From: Zancudomyces culisetae HAW-14-8
Taxonomy: Eukaryota; Fungi; Kickxellomycota
NCBI GenBank assembly: GCA_052426225.1
Contig: JBNJNM010000015.1
Location: forward strand, 682,001-746,000
Direction of reading: 5' to 3'
DNA length: 64,000 nucleotides
In this document: positions 24,363 to 34,963 of the stretch, piece after piece
Layout of the letters: each line of letters begins with the position of its first letter
Numbering within the stretch: the stretch's first letter is position 1
The notes under the pieces: generated by a model
Told to the model about the DNA's origin: nothing
The model's input: only the letters and a program-made list of their open reading frames with translations
Database searches by the model: none
Translations under genes and position numbers: made by a program

Positions 24363-27300
24363 ATGGATAGGAGTACACAACGGTATAAAAAGATGGGGCT
24401 GCTGAGCAGAGAAACCAAAAACAAAACGAGAATTAAACGGAATGGCAGTTCAAGTAGTGGAAGTAGTGGGAGGATAGAACCGCGGCCGTTGCGGGGACCG
24501 GAATTCCCAGTCGAAGAAAGTGATGATGGAGTGCTTTATGACCAGTTTGGACAGCAGTATAGGGGGTATGAAGATTTAGCGATTAATAAGCAACAGTATA
24601 GTAGGTATAATCAGGGACCAAGATATTCACAAAATCAAGGTCAAGTACAAGGTCAAGTACAAGGTCAAGGTCAGGGACAAGGACAGACGCAGGGACATCT
24701 TCGAAGTAAGGCAATGATGCAGCACTGGGAGAATACAGTGCAGCCGTTTGGGTATGGACAAGATCAAGTAATAGGACAAGGACCAGTTCAGGGGCAAGGA
24801 GGGTGGTATAATCAAGGATATGGGCAGGAAAGAGCAGAGATGATGGAATATAATAGATACACATTAAGAGACGATAAACGAATGCAAAGGCTTTATAGTA
24901 GCAGCGAAATACATAATAGGCAAAGAATGGAGGAATTACACGATCTGAATGAACAACAGCATACAAAAAGCGAGGAGCGAGAGATGAGAGGATACGGAGA
25001 TGAAGCTAGAACAATTGTACAACGACCACAAAGCGAGAGTCGAATATATAGGCCAATGGGGGAAAGAGGAGAAGAAACAATAGTACCGCGGCGATATAAT
25101 AAGGGGATAAGTGGAAAAGTGAAGGAGGAGAAAAAGATTATAGAGAGGATGCGGTCGATAAACGTGGAAGGAGGAGCAGAGCAACGGAAAAGCTATGCGT
25201 CGGGGAGTAGTGGGAAGGATGAGATGGCAGTGGTTGTGGAGCGAGGACGATCGAATAGTGAGCAAACGGGACGAAAAAGACTGCCACAGGTGCCAATCAA
25301 GCATTATAACGAGACGTATAGGTTGTCAGTGTTGTGGGAACGGTTTAAGAGGGAGGTTGGATGGCGATATGGAGAGGAGATACGGGGATCGGATGCGGTG
25401 GATGTGATGAGTGAGCTTGTGGGACAGAAAGGAAGAGAATATGCAATAGAAACGCTGCGAGAGTTGATAGTGACGGATAAGCAGCTGGAAAGAACAAGTG
25501 GAGAAAGTTTTAATATAGACACGACATTGGAGAGGTACCGAATTGAGATGGTCAAGAAGCCAGTGGGGATTCTGACAGAGTTGCTTCCGTGTTATTTGTG
25601 TGGAGAGAAGAGTTGTGAGTGTTTTGGGGAGAGTAAGAAGCAGCGGGAGGCGACAAAGGGCAAGTATTGGAGCAGCACAGTGACGGCGGCGGAGTTGAGC
25701 AAGATGAGCCAGCAGGAGATTATGCGGCAGGAGCTGATATATGAGCTGGTATACACGGAGACAGAGTATGTGGAGGATTTGGAGATACTGATAAAGGGGT
25801 TTAAAGAGACGATAATGAAGCGGCGATTGATTCGCAGCAACGAAACGATTAAAAAGGTGTTTATGAATGTAGAAGAGATATACGAAGCCAACAAAGTGCT
25901 GCAAAAGGAGCTGGTGGAGCGACAGAGCAAGAGCAAGGTGTGTTTGCGGATTGGGGACATAATGGCGCGGCATATGGAGAGATTTGAGGCGTATGTAGAG
26001 TATGGGGGCAACCAGCCGTTATCGAAATATGTGATGGACGAAGAGGTGAAGCGAAACAGTGGGTTGAGTGAGTTTTTGAGCGAAATGGAGCGGAAGAGTG
26101 AGTGCCGCAAATTGCCGTTATCGTCGTTTCTTGGGCGACCGACCAGCCGATTGGCACGATACCCACTGCTGTTTAGCGGGATTATTAAAAAGACAGATGC
26201 AGGACATCCTGACATTGAGAGTTTGACGAGAGCAACCGAACTGGTGCGCAAGTTGTTGGAGCGCATCAATGAACAGGCCGGCAAAGTCAGCAACAAGCTG
26301 GCGCTGCACAAAATCAACCAGCGGCTCAACATTGGCGTCAACGAGCGGGCCGAGCTAGATTTGTTGAGCACTACACGAGTGTTGGTTCGGGCAGGCAATT
26401 TGCGGCTGAAAAGCGACGCCAGTAGCAACGACGAAATCATGTGTTATTTGTTTGACCATATGTTTATTATGTGTAAAGAACAGCGCAATAATAACAACAA
26501 CAACAACAACAACAGCAACAATGAAGGAGATGGAGAGTTGACATTATACAAGCCCGCTGTTCCTCTATTGTTGATGGCTCTAGTCAGTGTAGACGATAGT
26601 CGTCCAAGATTGGGTGGAATCAAATCCGCTGGTGAAGACAATAGCAGTATCAAAAGCTCTTCCAGTTCTGCCAATCCCCAACAACAGCAACAACAACAAC
26701 AATCCCAGTTTTCTGACCATCGAAACTCTATTGCTTTTGTTCATCTAGGCCGACTGGGTGGCCAACACAAACTATACGCCTCCAGTGTTGCCGAACGGAG
26801 CGACTGGCTAGCCAATCTGACTGCAACCTGTGCCAAGTTTGTCGCTGCCAACTCGCGTCAACTGTACCAGCCCGAAATTATGTCTCCGTTCATGCTGGCT
26901 GCATCCAACCGCGTCAACTGTGCCTGCTACTTTGACAATGGCCGCGGCTTGGTCATTGGTACTGACAACGGCCTGGTCGCTGGCCTGACTGCAAAGCCTG
27001 CCAGCTTTACTCGCATCAGTGGCTTTAACCACGACCGTATTGTCCAGGTCAAGATCATCGATAAGCTTGATGTCATTCTGGTTGTTTGCGACAAAGACAA
27101 AAGCCTCTACTCCTATCCTCTGCAAATCATCCTCATGGCCACCTCTGCCTCTCGTCGCTCTCTCAAGGGCGAGCGCATTACTTCCCACGTCTCCTTCTTC
27201 AAGTTTGGCTCCTGTATGCAAATCGATATTCTCTGTGTTGTCAAGAACAACTCTCTCTCCAACCAATCCACCATCCACATCTACCGCCCCCTCGTCCCCC

Positions 27301-28445
27301 ACCAACTTCCCAACGTCTTTGGCCGCATCTCCATTGCTTCCTCCAAATCCATGTGGTGGCTTTTCCGCGACTGTTATATTGCCGCCGAGTCTTCCTCCAT
27401 CTTTTTTCTCCAGTCCAAATTGTGTATTGGTTGCGATCGTGGCTTTGAAATTGTCGACATCAAATCCATGAATACCCAATCCCTGCTCGATCCTGCTGAC
27501 GAAAACCTCAAGTTTGTCTCCAAACCTCTCAACTATCTCCTCCCTATCTCCTCCTCTGCTACCTCTTCCTCTCCCTCCTCCATCCCCACTTCTTCCTCTT
27601 CTTCTGCAATTCCTATTCAACACTCCTCCTTGGCTGTAATCCCTCCCTCTTCTTCTTCTTCTTCCTCTCCTTCTCTTCTTCCCCCTCCTCTCCCTATTCC
27701 TCCACTTTCTTCTTCCTCTACTATTGCTTCCAGTTTTCCCAAACCCCTTGAACTCTACAAGGTTCAGAATGGCGAGTTTCTTTTGTGTTATGACTCCTTT
27801 TACTTTTTTGTCAACAGAAATGGCCAACGTGCTCGTCCAAACCTTCTTGTCAACTGGCTAGGAACTCCCTCTGCCTTTTTCTATGACTATCCAAACATCA
27901 TTGCTTTTAGTGATGACTTTTTCGAGGTCCGCAAAATCGATACTGGTCAAGTTCTTCAGGTTTATCCCATGTTGGATCGTAAAGTCAAAATGCTTGATAC
28001 TAACTATTCCTCCTTTTATACTTCCCAACTCGCTTCTCCTCCTCCTCCTCCTCCTCCTACCCCTCTCTCTTCTTCATCTCATTCGTCCTCCTCCTCCACT
28101 ACTTTTAATAGTGCTTGTATCCTTACCAACACTACTCTTTATAAGTCTCCCAATATTGATGATTCCTCTTCCTCTATTTCCTCAACCATTCAACCTAATG
28201 CTACTCCCTCTACCTTGAACGCAAATACCAATTTCCATCTAACTCAACCTCACCATTCCTTCTCCTCTTCTTCCACTGCTCCCAATCCTTCTACGTATAC
28301 GTCTTCGTCTCTAGGTTCACTGCCTTCTTCTTCTAATTATGGAATGGTTATGCCATCTTCTTCACTTACCACTTTTCCTTCAGCAAGTTCAAATATTGGA
28401 GTCTTTGCTCAACAAGTATTATATATAAAAAGTTGTAATTATTGA
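24363..28445 (+). CDS. Rho1 guanine nucleotide exchange factor, Rom1/Rom2/Rgf family (DH, PH, CNH)
   Basis: EIMRQELIYELVYTETEYVEDL and CRKLPLSSFLGRPTSRLARYPLL (DH); YLFDHMFIMCK (PH); HVSFFKFG, KLCIGCDRGFEIVD, TQSLLDPAD, EFLLCYD (CNH). Confidence 0.93.
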   Translation: MDRSTQRYKKMGLLSRETKNKTRIKRNGSSSSGSSGRIEPRPLRGPEFPVEESDDGVLYDQFGQQYRGYEDLAINKQQYSRYNQGPRYSQNQGQVQGQVQGQGQGQGQTQGHLRSKAMMQHWENTVQPFGYGQDQVIGQGPVQGQGGWYNQGYGQERAEMMEYNRYTLRDDKRMQRLYSSSEIHNRQRMEELHDLNEQQHTKSEEREMRGYGDEARTIVQRPQSESRIYRPMGERGEETIVPRRYNKGISGKVKEEKKIIERMRSINVEGGAEQRKSYASGSSGKDEMAVVVERGRSNSEQTGRKRLPQVPIKHYNETYRLSVLWERFKREVGWRYGEEIRGSDAVDVMSELVGQKGREYAIETLRELIVTDKQLERTSGESFNIDTTLERYRIEMVKKPVGILTELLPCYLCGEKSCECFGESKKQREATKGKYWSSTVTAAELSKMSQQEIMRQELIYELVYTETEYVEDLEILIKGFKETIMKRRLIRSNETIKKVFMNVEEIYEANKVLQKELVERQSKSKVCLRIGDIMARHMERFEAYVEYGGNQPLSKYVMDEEVKRNSGLSEFLSEMERKSECRKLPLSSFLGRPTSRLARYPLLFSGIIKKTDAGHPDIESLTRATELVRKLLERINEQAGKVSNKLALHKINQRLNIGVNERAELDLLSTTRVLVRAGNLRLKSDASSNDEIMCYLFDHMFIMCKEQRNNNNNNNNNSNNEGDGELTLYKPAVPLLLMALVSVDDSRPRLGGIKSAGEDNSSIKSSSSSANPQQQQQQQQSQFSDHRNSIAFVHLGRLGGQHKLYASSVAERSDWLANLTATCAKFVAANSRQLYQPEIMSPFMLAASNRVNCACYFDNGRGLVIGTDNGLVAGLTAKPASFTRISGFNHDRIVQVKIIDKLDVILVVCDKDKSLYSYPLQIILMATSASRRSLKGERITSHVSFFKFGSCMQIDILCVVKNNSLSNQSTIHIYRPLVPHQLPNVFGRISIASSKSMWWLFRDCYIAAESSSIFFLQSKLCIGCDRGFEIVDIKSMNTQSLLDPADENLKFVSKPLNYLLPISSSATSSSPSSIPTSSSSSAIPIQHSSLAVIPPSSSSSSSPSLLPPPLPIPPLSSSSTIASSFPKPLELYKVQNGEFLLCYDSFYFFVNRNGQRARPNLLVNWLGTPSAFFYDYPNIIAFSDDFFEVRKIDTGQVLQVYPMLDRKVKMLDTNYSSFYTSQLASPPPPPPPTPLSSSSHSSSSSTTFNSACILTNTTLYKSPNIDDSSSSISSTIQPNATPSTLNANTNFHLTQPHHSFSSSSTAPNPSTYTSSSLGSLPSSSNYGMVMPSSSLTTFPSASSNIGVFAQQVLYIKSCNY

Positions 28446-29068
28446 TTCTTTTTTTTCCCTTTTTTAATTCTATTTTCGCTTTCATTTTCGCTTTTATTTT
28501 GATGATTAGTATATAATAAAACGATATTAAAAAGTCCCTTCTTTTCAACATGAATATTTAAAACATTTACTACAATATTTCTTTAGATTGTTGTGATGTA
28601 CTAATTCGTTAATGTGGACACAAAAGTAGTAGTTCCGAGGATTGAAACGTGGTGGTGGTTTATCTTGTTGAACTGATTTATACATTTTTTTTATTATTTC
28701 AATATATCTATCTATTTATTTAATGAAGAATAACAGAGTTTTATAAACCTTCCAAGTCTTCATTGATACCTTTACTTCTTTTTCCTTTTTCCTTTTTATA
28801 CCTTTTTTTTTTGTTTTCATTTATAATTGCAATTAAATTGTTTAATATAAAAGTAAAAGACAGAGAGTAAGAGTAAGAGTAAGAGTGAGAGTGAGAGTGA
28901 GGGTTAAGAGGGAGGGAAAAGGGTGAGTATAATTAATCAAGGGTTTTAAATGTTTATAAACATTTATAAACTAGTATCGTATTTTCTTGGTACTTGTATA
29001 ACACACTATATTCACAGTACAAGTCATACAAGACAATTGTATCATGATTTTTAAATTTGGGTGGGATT

Positions 29069-29088
29069 GGGGGGGGGGGGGGGGGGGG
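29069..29088 (+). repeat. poly-G tract (20 G)
   Basis: Directly visible, about 230 nt upstream of ORF 29318. Confidence 0.9.
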
Positions 29089-29317
29089 TTTAAGTCTAGT
29101 CGGATCACTCACCTTTTCAATAGTAATACAAATGATTTTATAATTTATTATTAATAGCAATAGCAATAGCAATAATAATTATAGTATAAATACCCATTCT
29201 CCGACCCTTCACCTCACTCACCCACTTGCTTTCTAACCCCCCCCCCATTCACCCACACTTCAACAAATATAACAAGTATAGCAACTAAAGAAAGAAAAGA
29301 AAGAAAAGAAAAGAGTA

Positions 29318-29923
29318 ATGCTCCTAGCTTATATCTGTTCACTAATGAGTTACAAAGATTACACATCAATCAAACCCTTTCTTAATATACCCCAACTCCC
29401 CGCCATAGAAGAATCTAGACCATTTGTATTGATTGAATGTCCAAATAGAAACGCTGCCGGCTACGAACAACAAATCCTCAAGTCGCTCAAGGACTACCCA
29501 TGCATTTTTAAACGCACGTCTTCCAGTGAGTTTTGGATTTCCTTTTCCAACCACAACGATATTGACAAATACTTGAACACTCAAGCAAAAAATATAAACC
29601 CAAGTATCTCTGATGAGCCTTCTCCAATATCCATAACTAAAGCCTCTAGCAACTACCGTATCCACCGCCTTTCCATCTCAAACGAGCATTTTGATACTTG
29701 GGACGATATCATTGGCTTGCTTAACCGTATACATCAAAAATATGGTGAAATCATTGATGTTACTGCCAAAGTTTGCCCAGATTCTAATGTTGTCAAAAGC
29801 AACCTCATCGTATACACCAGAATGCATTCTAGCGCGTATGTCTACTCTTTTCTGGATACTAAAAGGGGTAGTATTTATTTTAAAAATAGTACTATTTTTA
29901 TGGACTATTATCCTATCTATTAA
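29318..29923 (+). CDS. ~200-aa protein of a local three-member family (RRM-like / LINE-ORF1-like)
   Basis: Shares SIK, FV, SLxxY, ExxxxF, KYL, K(Y/F)G(E/D)I(I/V)D(V/I) and terminal DYxPI with the 30340 and 39265 copies. Confidence 0.7.
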   Translation: MLLAYICSLMSYKDYTSIKPFLNIPQLPAIEESRPFVLIECPNRNAAGYEQQILKSLKDYPCIFKRTSSSEFWISFSNHNDIDKYLNTQAKNINPSISDEPSPISITKASSNYRIHRLSISNEHFDTWDDIIGLLNRIHQKYGEIIDVTAKVCPDSNVVKSNLIVYTRMHSSAYVYSFLDTKRGSIYFKNSTIFMDYYPIY

Positions 29924-30115
29924 CATTTTTCGCTTCCTTTCTATTTTCCTATTTTTCTATTTTTCGAATTTGGAAAATAAATAATTGTGATAACGGTTAA
30001 TTTAAAATGTATATCTATATTTTACCCGAAATAACCTCACTACCAAAACTGTTTATTGAATATCACTTAATTTCTTTTTCTTTTTTTTCTATATTAAGAA
30101 CGAAATCTTATGTCG

Positions 30116-31219
30116 ATATTATCCGTACACTCTTATTTAAAGTATTTCATACTCTTTGATACGCACATAATGCAATTCTCAATTATAGACATTGAAAGTT
30201 TAGTGACATAATGGTGAATGGTAAAGAAAAAGTATAAAAAGCCCAACTCAAGTCTTCATTTTTTTTTGTTTCTTTGCTTTTGACTTTTCTACTCACAACA
30301 ACCAGCGAGAACACCGAATTTGTTTTAAAACAGACTAACATGAGTTCAGCAATTTTAAATTTTTTAAAGAATCGTGGATTATGTGACATTTCAATCAAGA
30401 AGCCGCTTAACAATGTCTTCAAGGTTCCCTTCGAAAACTTTCAGTTTGTGCAAGTCAGAGCTCTCAGAAATAGCTTTAGATTTGCTAATAAAGTTAATGA
30501 ATCTCTCAGTAATTACGATTACCTACTCAAATACATTGATCCCAAAGAGTATCGCGTATATTTTTTTAATGACAAGGATAAAATAAAATACTTGAGTGAA
30601 GAATTAGACCCAGAGGATAAAGATGGATATCAGAAGTTGCATGCATCCACCTTGTATAGTCTTTTTCAAATAAATATTAAAGTAAAGCATTTTAAGGATT
30701 GTGGTCATATAAAGCCTATAGCTGAGGCACTAAAAGATAAATTTGGTGATATTGTCGATATTAGAGCAAATTCCCTTTTTGATCATCCAGCATCGCTAAA
30801 ATATGTAAGTGTTTATATAAAGAGATGCAACTCAAAGGCTATCACAGATAAGAGAATATATGTCTGCAATGGATTTGTCCCATTTACTGCTACTCGTATT
30901 ACAGACTATGTTCCAATTTAGTCATACTTACTAGCTATTTGATAGTCAATAACTGATTCTATTCAATAGGATCATCGCATTCCTTTTTTTCTTTATTGGT
31001 TTTTAGCTTTTGGTTTGGTTATATTAATAAAGTGTCATCTACTCTGTTCCCTTTGTCCTTTACAAAATGAAAGGAATGTGTTATTTTGGTCAACTCATAC
31101 TTTAAAACTATAGATACATGCATTATACCCTCTCTTTACTTATAGCGGTACAGAATCTCCGACAGTTTAAATACAGATTCGTCTTACTAACCTTATGTTT
31201 GTGTGAATTGTAGTATTCT
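30116..31219 (+). repeat. ~1.1-kb duplicated unit, copy 1 (promoter, CDS, 3' flank)
   Basis: Colinear matches to 39052-40119: ATATTATCCGT; GTATAAAAA(G)CCCAACTCAAGTCTTCATTTTTTTT; TTACTGCTACTCGTATTACAGACTA; TAATAAA...TCATCyACTCTG; CTTACTAACC; GTAGyATTCT. Confidence 0.85.
30340..30921 (+). CDS. 193-aa family member (RRM-like / LINE-ORF1-like)
   Basis: ATG at 30340 aligns with the ATG of the 39265 copy. TATAAAAA at 30233 and AATAAA about 105 nt after the stop. Confidence 0.75.
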   Translation: MSSAILNFLKNRGLCDISIKKPLNNVFKVPFENFQFVQVRALRNSFRFANKVNESLSNYDYLLKYIDPKEYRVYFFNDKDKIKYLSEELDPEDKDGYQKLHASTLYSLFQINIKVKHFKDCGHIKPIAEALKDKFGDIVDIRANSLFDHPASLKYVSVYIKRCNSKAITDKRIYVCNGFVPFTATRITDYVPI

Positions 31220-31220
31220 T

Positions 31221-31508
31221 TCATTTCAATGGTCTCGACAAGTGAAGCTGCTTACAAAGACTAGCTTGAACAATGCTTGAAAAAGATTGTCGGATGAGAC
31301 CGGGCGGACCACGTTCCTTAGTCGGGTTTCTCATGCTAAGGAACTGTTGTTGCACATGCTCCTGGACAAAAGCAAATGTATGATGTGACTCGGTACGATC
31401 CAACTCCATAAAAGTGGCTCCGGAACAGTCGCTGTTCGGAGAGTAACGACCCTAATCCTTGAACTGTTGGATGATGGCTGCACGTAGTTGCTGCATGAGA
31501 CCTGACAT
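31221..31508 (-). pseudogene. GC-rich degenerate coding fragment with an in-frame TAG (possible mobile-element relic)
   Basis: ATG at 31508 reads MSGLMQQLRAAIIQQFKD*GRYSPNSDCSGATF in frame into ORF 31221-31409. Clearly more GC-rich than its flanks. Confidence 0.45.
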
Positions 31509-33046
31509 GAGATTTTATTTATTTTAAACTTTTACTATTTACTATTTACTACTTTAAACTTTTAGCCGAAGCACAATTATTATGATTTGACGTTTAAATA
31601 AACTTGTACTAAAAAAACTTCTTGATCAATGTCTATAATTCCTGATGTCTCTATTATGTTTTAAACTACTAAAAGAGCTAAAGAAACTCCAATTGAGTTA
31701 CCTTAGCTATATAATAATATTTATTAATGTTAAATATATGCCTATTTCTTATACTGCTTAATTTGGTTAATCGCTAACTTTATTTCTTCATCCATATTTG
31801 GTTGCATTTTCCATACTCGTGTTGTTACTTTTATAATAATTGATATATACTAATATTATTAAATTCATTTTATGGTATTTTACATTTTGTAATTTTTCTC
31901 TTAGATATTCGATCATAATATTTCCGTATTTTGTGATCAGAAATTTAATTCATATTTTTGATTGTTATTTTAATAGTTAAAATGAATTTCATTAATAATA
32001 TTTTTAATTATTTTCTTTAAATACTCTGTCTTTCCCAAGTAATTGAATTTACTAGGTCATATACCCAGAACACGCAACACGTTCTACTTTTCAACTTTCT
32101 GTTCAGAGCTTATTTGATTCTATTGTGTATACTACCTTTATTTATTTCTTTGTTTTTTTTTGGATTTGCGTTTAATGAAATACTTTTTAATGTATGTGTA
32201 ACTGCACTATAATATATCTAGTGGTTGTGATGAAATATTTGCATTTGATTAGAAAATAATCAGAAGGTTGGATATGAACTATTAGGAGTTTCGGAGCTTT
32301 TGCATTGCCACGAAAAAAAAAGATTTGAAAAGTTGAATAAAAATGAAATGCATAGTGGTGATAGATACCGCCATCCTTTATATTCATGGAGTCTGCTCTA
32401 GGTCTTGTATTTACAATGGAATTCAACACATAGAATTATTTGGTTTATTTGTTATATAGTTCAACATCCATAATGCCGCTGATTTTTACAACTAATTGTG
32501 CCTTTTAACTTAACAAACTCAAGTCATGATACCAATTTAAAACTGTACTCAATGACATTTATTAATTTCTTTCAAAAAATAAAAAGTTGATGGTAGTACT
32601 TGACAACCCAGTACTAAATTACACCAACCTGAATAATGGTTTACCAAATGTAAGTCAGCTGGTTAAAAAATATTCAACTATCAAGTTTTATTTTCCATTC
32701 CTTTGAACACTAACGAAAAAAGTGAAACTTTCTTTGATGAGTAATTTACTAATACTAAACTCATACTGCATTCGTAACACTACGGTAAAATCGATGTAAA
32801 TAACTATACTGCCTTTGGAATATCACATTTCAAAAGCATATTTCATCTTTTTTTCTATTAGATGCAATACATTTCCTCATTCAATTCACAAAGAGTCCAT
32901 TGAAATATTTATTGATATTGAATAAATGCTCTATCCATTTTTAAAATTATTGAATTCTGTATGCCTTTCAGGTCATCTTATTATACAGAAGTATACAACT
33001 ATAGAATATATCTACAACCAAAATAAAGACTACACCGGTACTGAAT

Positions 33047-33433
33047 ATGACAACCAGTTCAAATATAAAAAGGTCATCATCAACTGCGATAATGTGGCTA
33101 ATGAACATCACTTTATTAGTGCTTTTCTTAAAACCTGAGACAATCAATATTTTAGGTTTTTTATTCAAAACGATGAGTTTAGATTTCTTAAATTCCTTTT
33201 TAGTTTTAGAATTACCTCCACTAATTGTGTTGGGTATGTATCTGTATTTCGAATACCAAAAGTGTTTAATTCAATTGGAATTACAAAAAACTGAGTTGAA
33301 ATTAAAACTCTTAGAAATAAACTTAAAGTATAAAGGAAACGATAATGGAACAGGAGCTCTGGAAAAGAATCTATTGGATGATTTCGATCCCAATGGACAA
33401 AAACTGGATAAAGAAGGCAGTATGAATGTGTGA
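33047..33433 (+). CDS. Hypothetical 128-aa membrane protein with a short coiled coil
   Basis: Hydrophobic segments, then a heptad-like LIQLELQKTELKLKLLEINL and a polar tail. No recognised family. Confidence 0.5.
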   Translation: MTTSSNIKRSSSTAIMWLMNITLLVLFLKPETINILGFLFKTMSLDFLNSFLVLELPPLIVLGMYLYFEYQKCLIQLELQKTELKLKLLEINLKYKGNDNGTGALEKNLLDDFDPNGQKLDKEGSMNV

Positions 33434-34963
33434 CTTTTACACATTTGCCGAATATTCCTTAGTTTAGTGAAGTTCCTTATCTGACCATCCTAACTTGATT
33501 TTTATACAAAAGTTCGGATGTAGGTTTTGCAAATTAGGATGGTAGAGGACCCAAGAGGAAGGGACATCATATTTTTTCTTTTATATATATTTTCAACTAT
33601 ATTATTAAGTACAGACATATTTAAGGATTAAACGAATATATCTTATTAAATAAACTTAACCAAGATAAAAAAAACAAATTATTAATAAAAAGTTCCACTA
33701 CACACCAGTAGAAGAGTAATAGAAAACAGGCAAGACTATAAGTTTGCATATTTGTTGCGCTGTTGGTTTTCCCTTTGGTTGGACTATTGTGCTGCATCTC
33801 GGCTAATTACCAAAGGTCGAATTCGTTTGCTTCTTTTATAGTTTTGTGGACTTGAGTGTTTATAGGTATTCTTTTATTTAGTAGAAATTTTTATCCTGAA
33901 GTGTTTTAATTTGTAAAAAAAAACTAGTATGTTGACTACAGCTTTAACGACTAAGAAATTTGGTAAGCTCCCCCAACAATCCTCTCTTTGGGTATGTAAT
34001 AGAGTGTTCCGTCTCTGTGTATACTTTAAGTATTTATATATTTTTTTTAGTTTTTAAAGATTAAGCTTTACTGACTTTAGAATAAAAACAATACTGTTGT
34101 CCTTCTTTCTGGTTTTCCCCTCTACCGTTTCATATATAGAGAGTTTCAATCTCCTTAAAAAGTCTAACAAATATGGATATAGTATATATAAAAATAAAGT
34201 ATTGTAACTAGAAAATAAGACTTTATTATCCTTTTGACACTTATTTTTTCCATCCTTTTTTGTTATAGAATTGTTTTATCTTGAATTGACACGTAAATCA
34301 CACTTTTTTAAATTTCCACATATATCAACGCTTACTAGACAATAAAATATCCCAGAACTGAGATCACCTATGAATATCACAGAATATTTTATTGTATTTT
34401 CACATAATTATGTATCTCTTTAGGGAACAGAGTGTTTTAATACTGTTATTTTGTCAGTGATAATATATTTGAATTTCTCTAAAATACAGTTGGTATAATC
34501 AAATATATCTGTAATTTGTGTTCCCTAAGAGCTACACTCTTCACTTTCGTAAATATTCAATACTTTAATATATACTTTCAACACCTCACCATCTTAATAA
34601 ACACCCCGACAAGAATAACTGAGATGGATTGACCAGTTTGTGTTTGGTTAAAGATTAGGAGAGTTGGAATGACTTTCAGCTGTCAATTTGGTGAGACTTT
34701 TTTTATTAGTAGCAAATCATCTTGAACTTATCCAATAATTTGACATTTTTTTATTGATTTTTCCAAATTACACAGCAAATGACTAGATAAACCAAATCCT
34801 AAAAATGAAATAGATAGATCAAAAAAAAGCAGGAAAATTGTATAAAACCAACACAATTCATCTATTTCACTCTGTTTATTTTGACTGGATTACTTTAACA
34901 TACTAATAAGAAAACAAGCTGAGGGGAAGGAGGGGGGATAAGGATATTAAAACTTACGACACA

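Noticed and set aside
26808-27827. Long antisense ORFs (also 3157-4350, 25592-26440, 46570-47400)
   Set aside because: They are shadows of well-supported genes, favoured by the compositional skew, and have no recognisable motifs.
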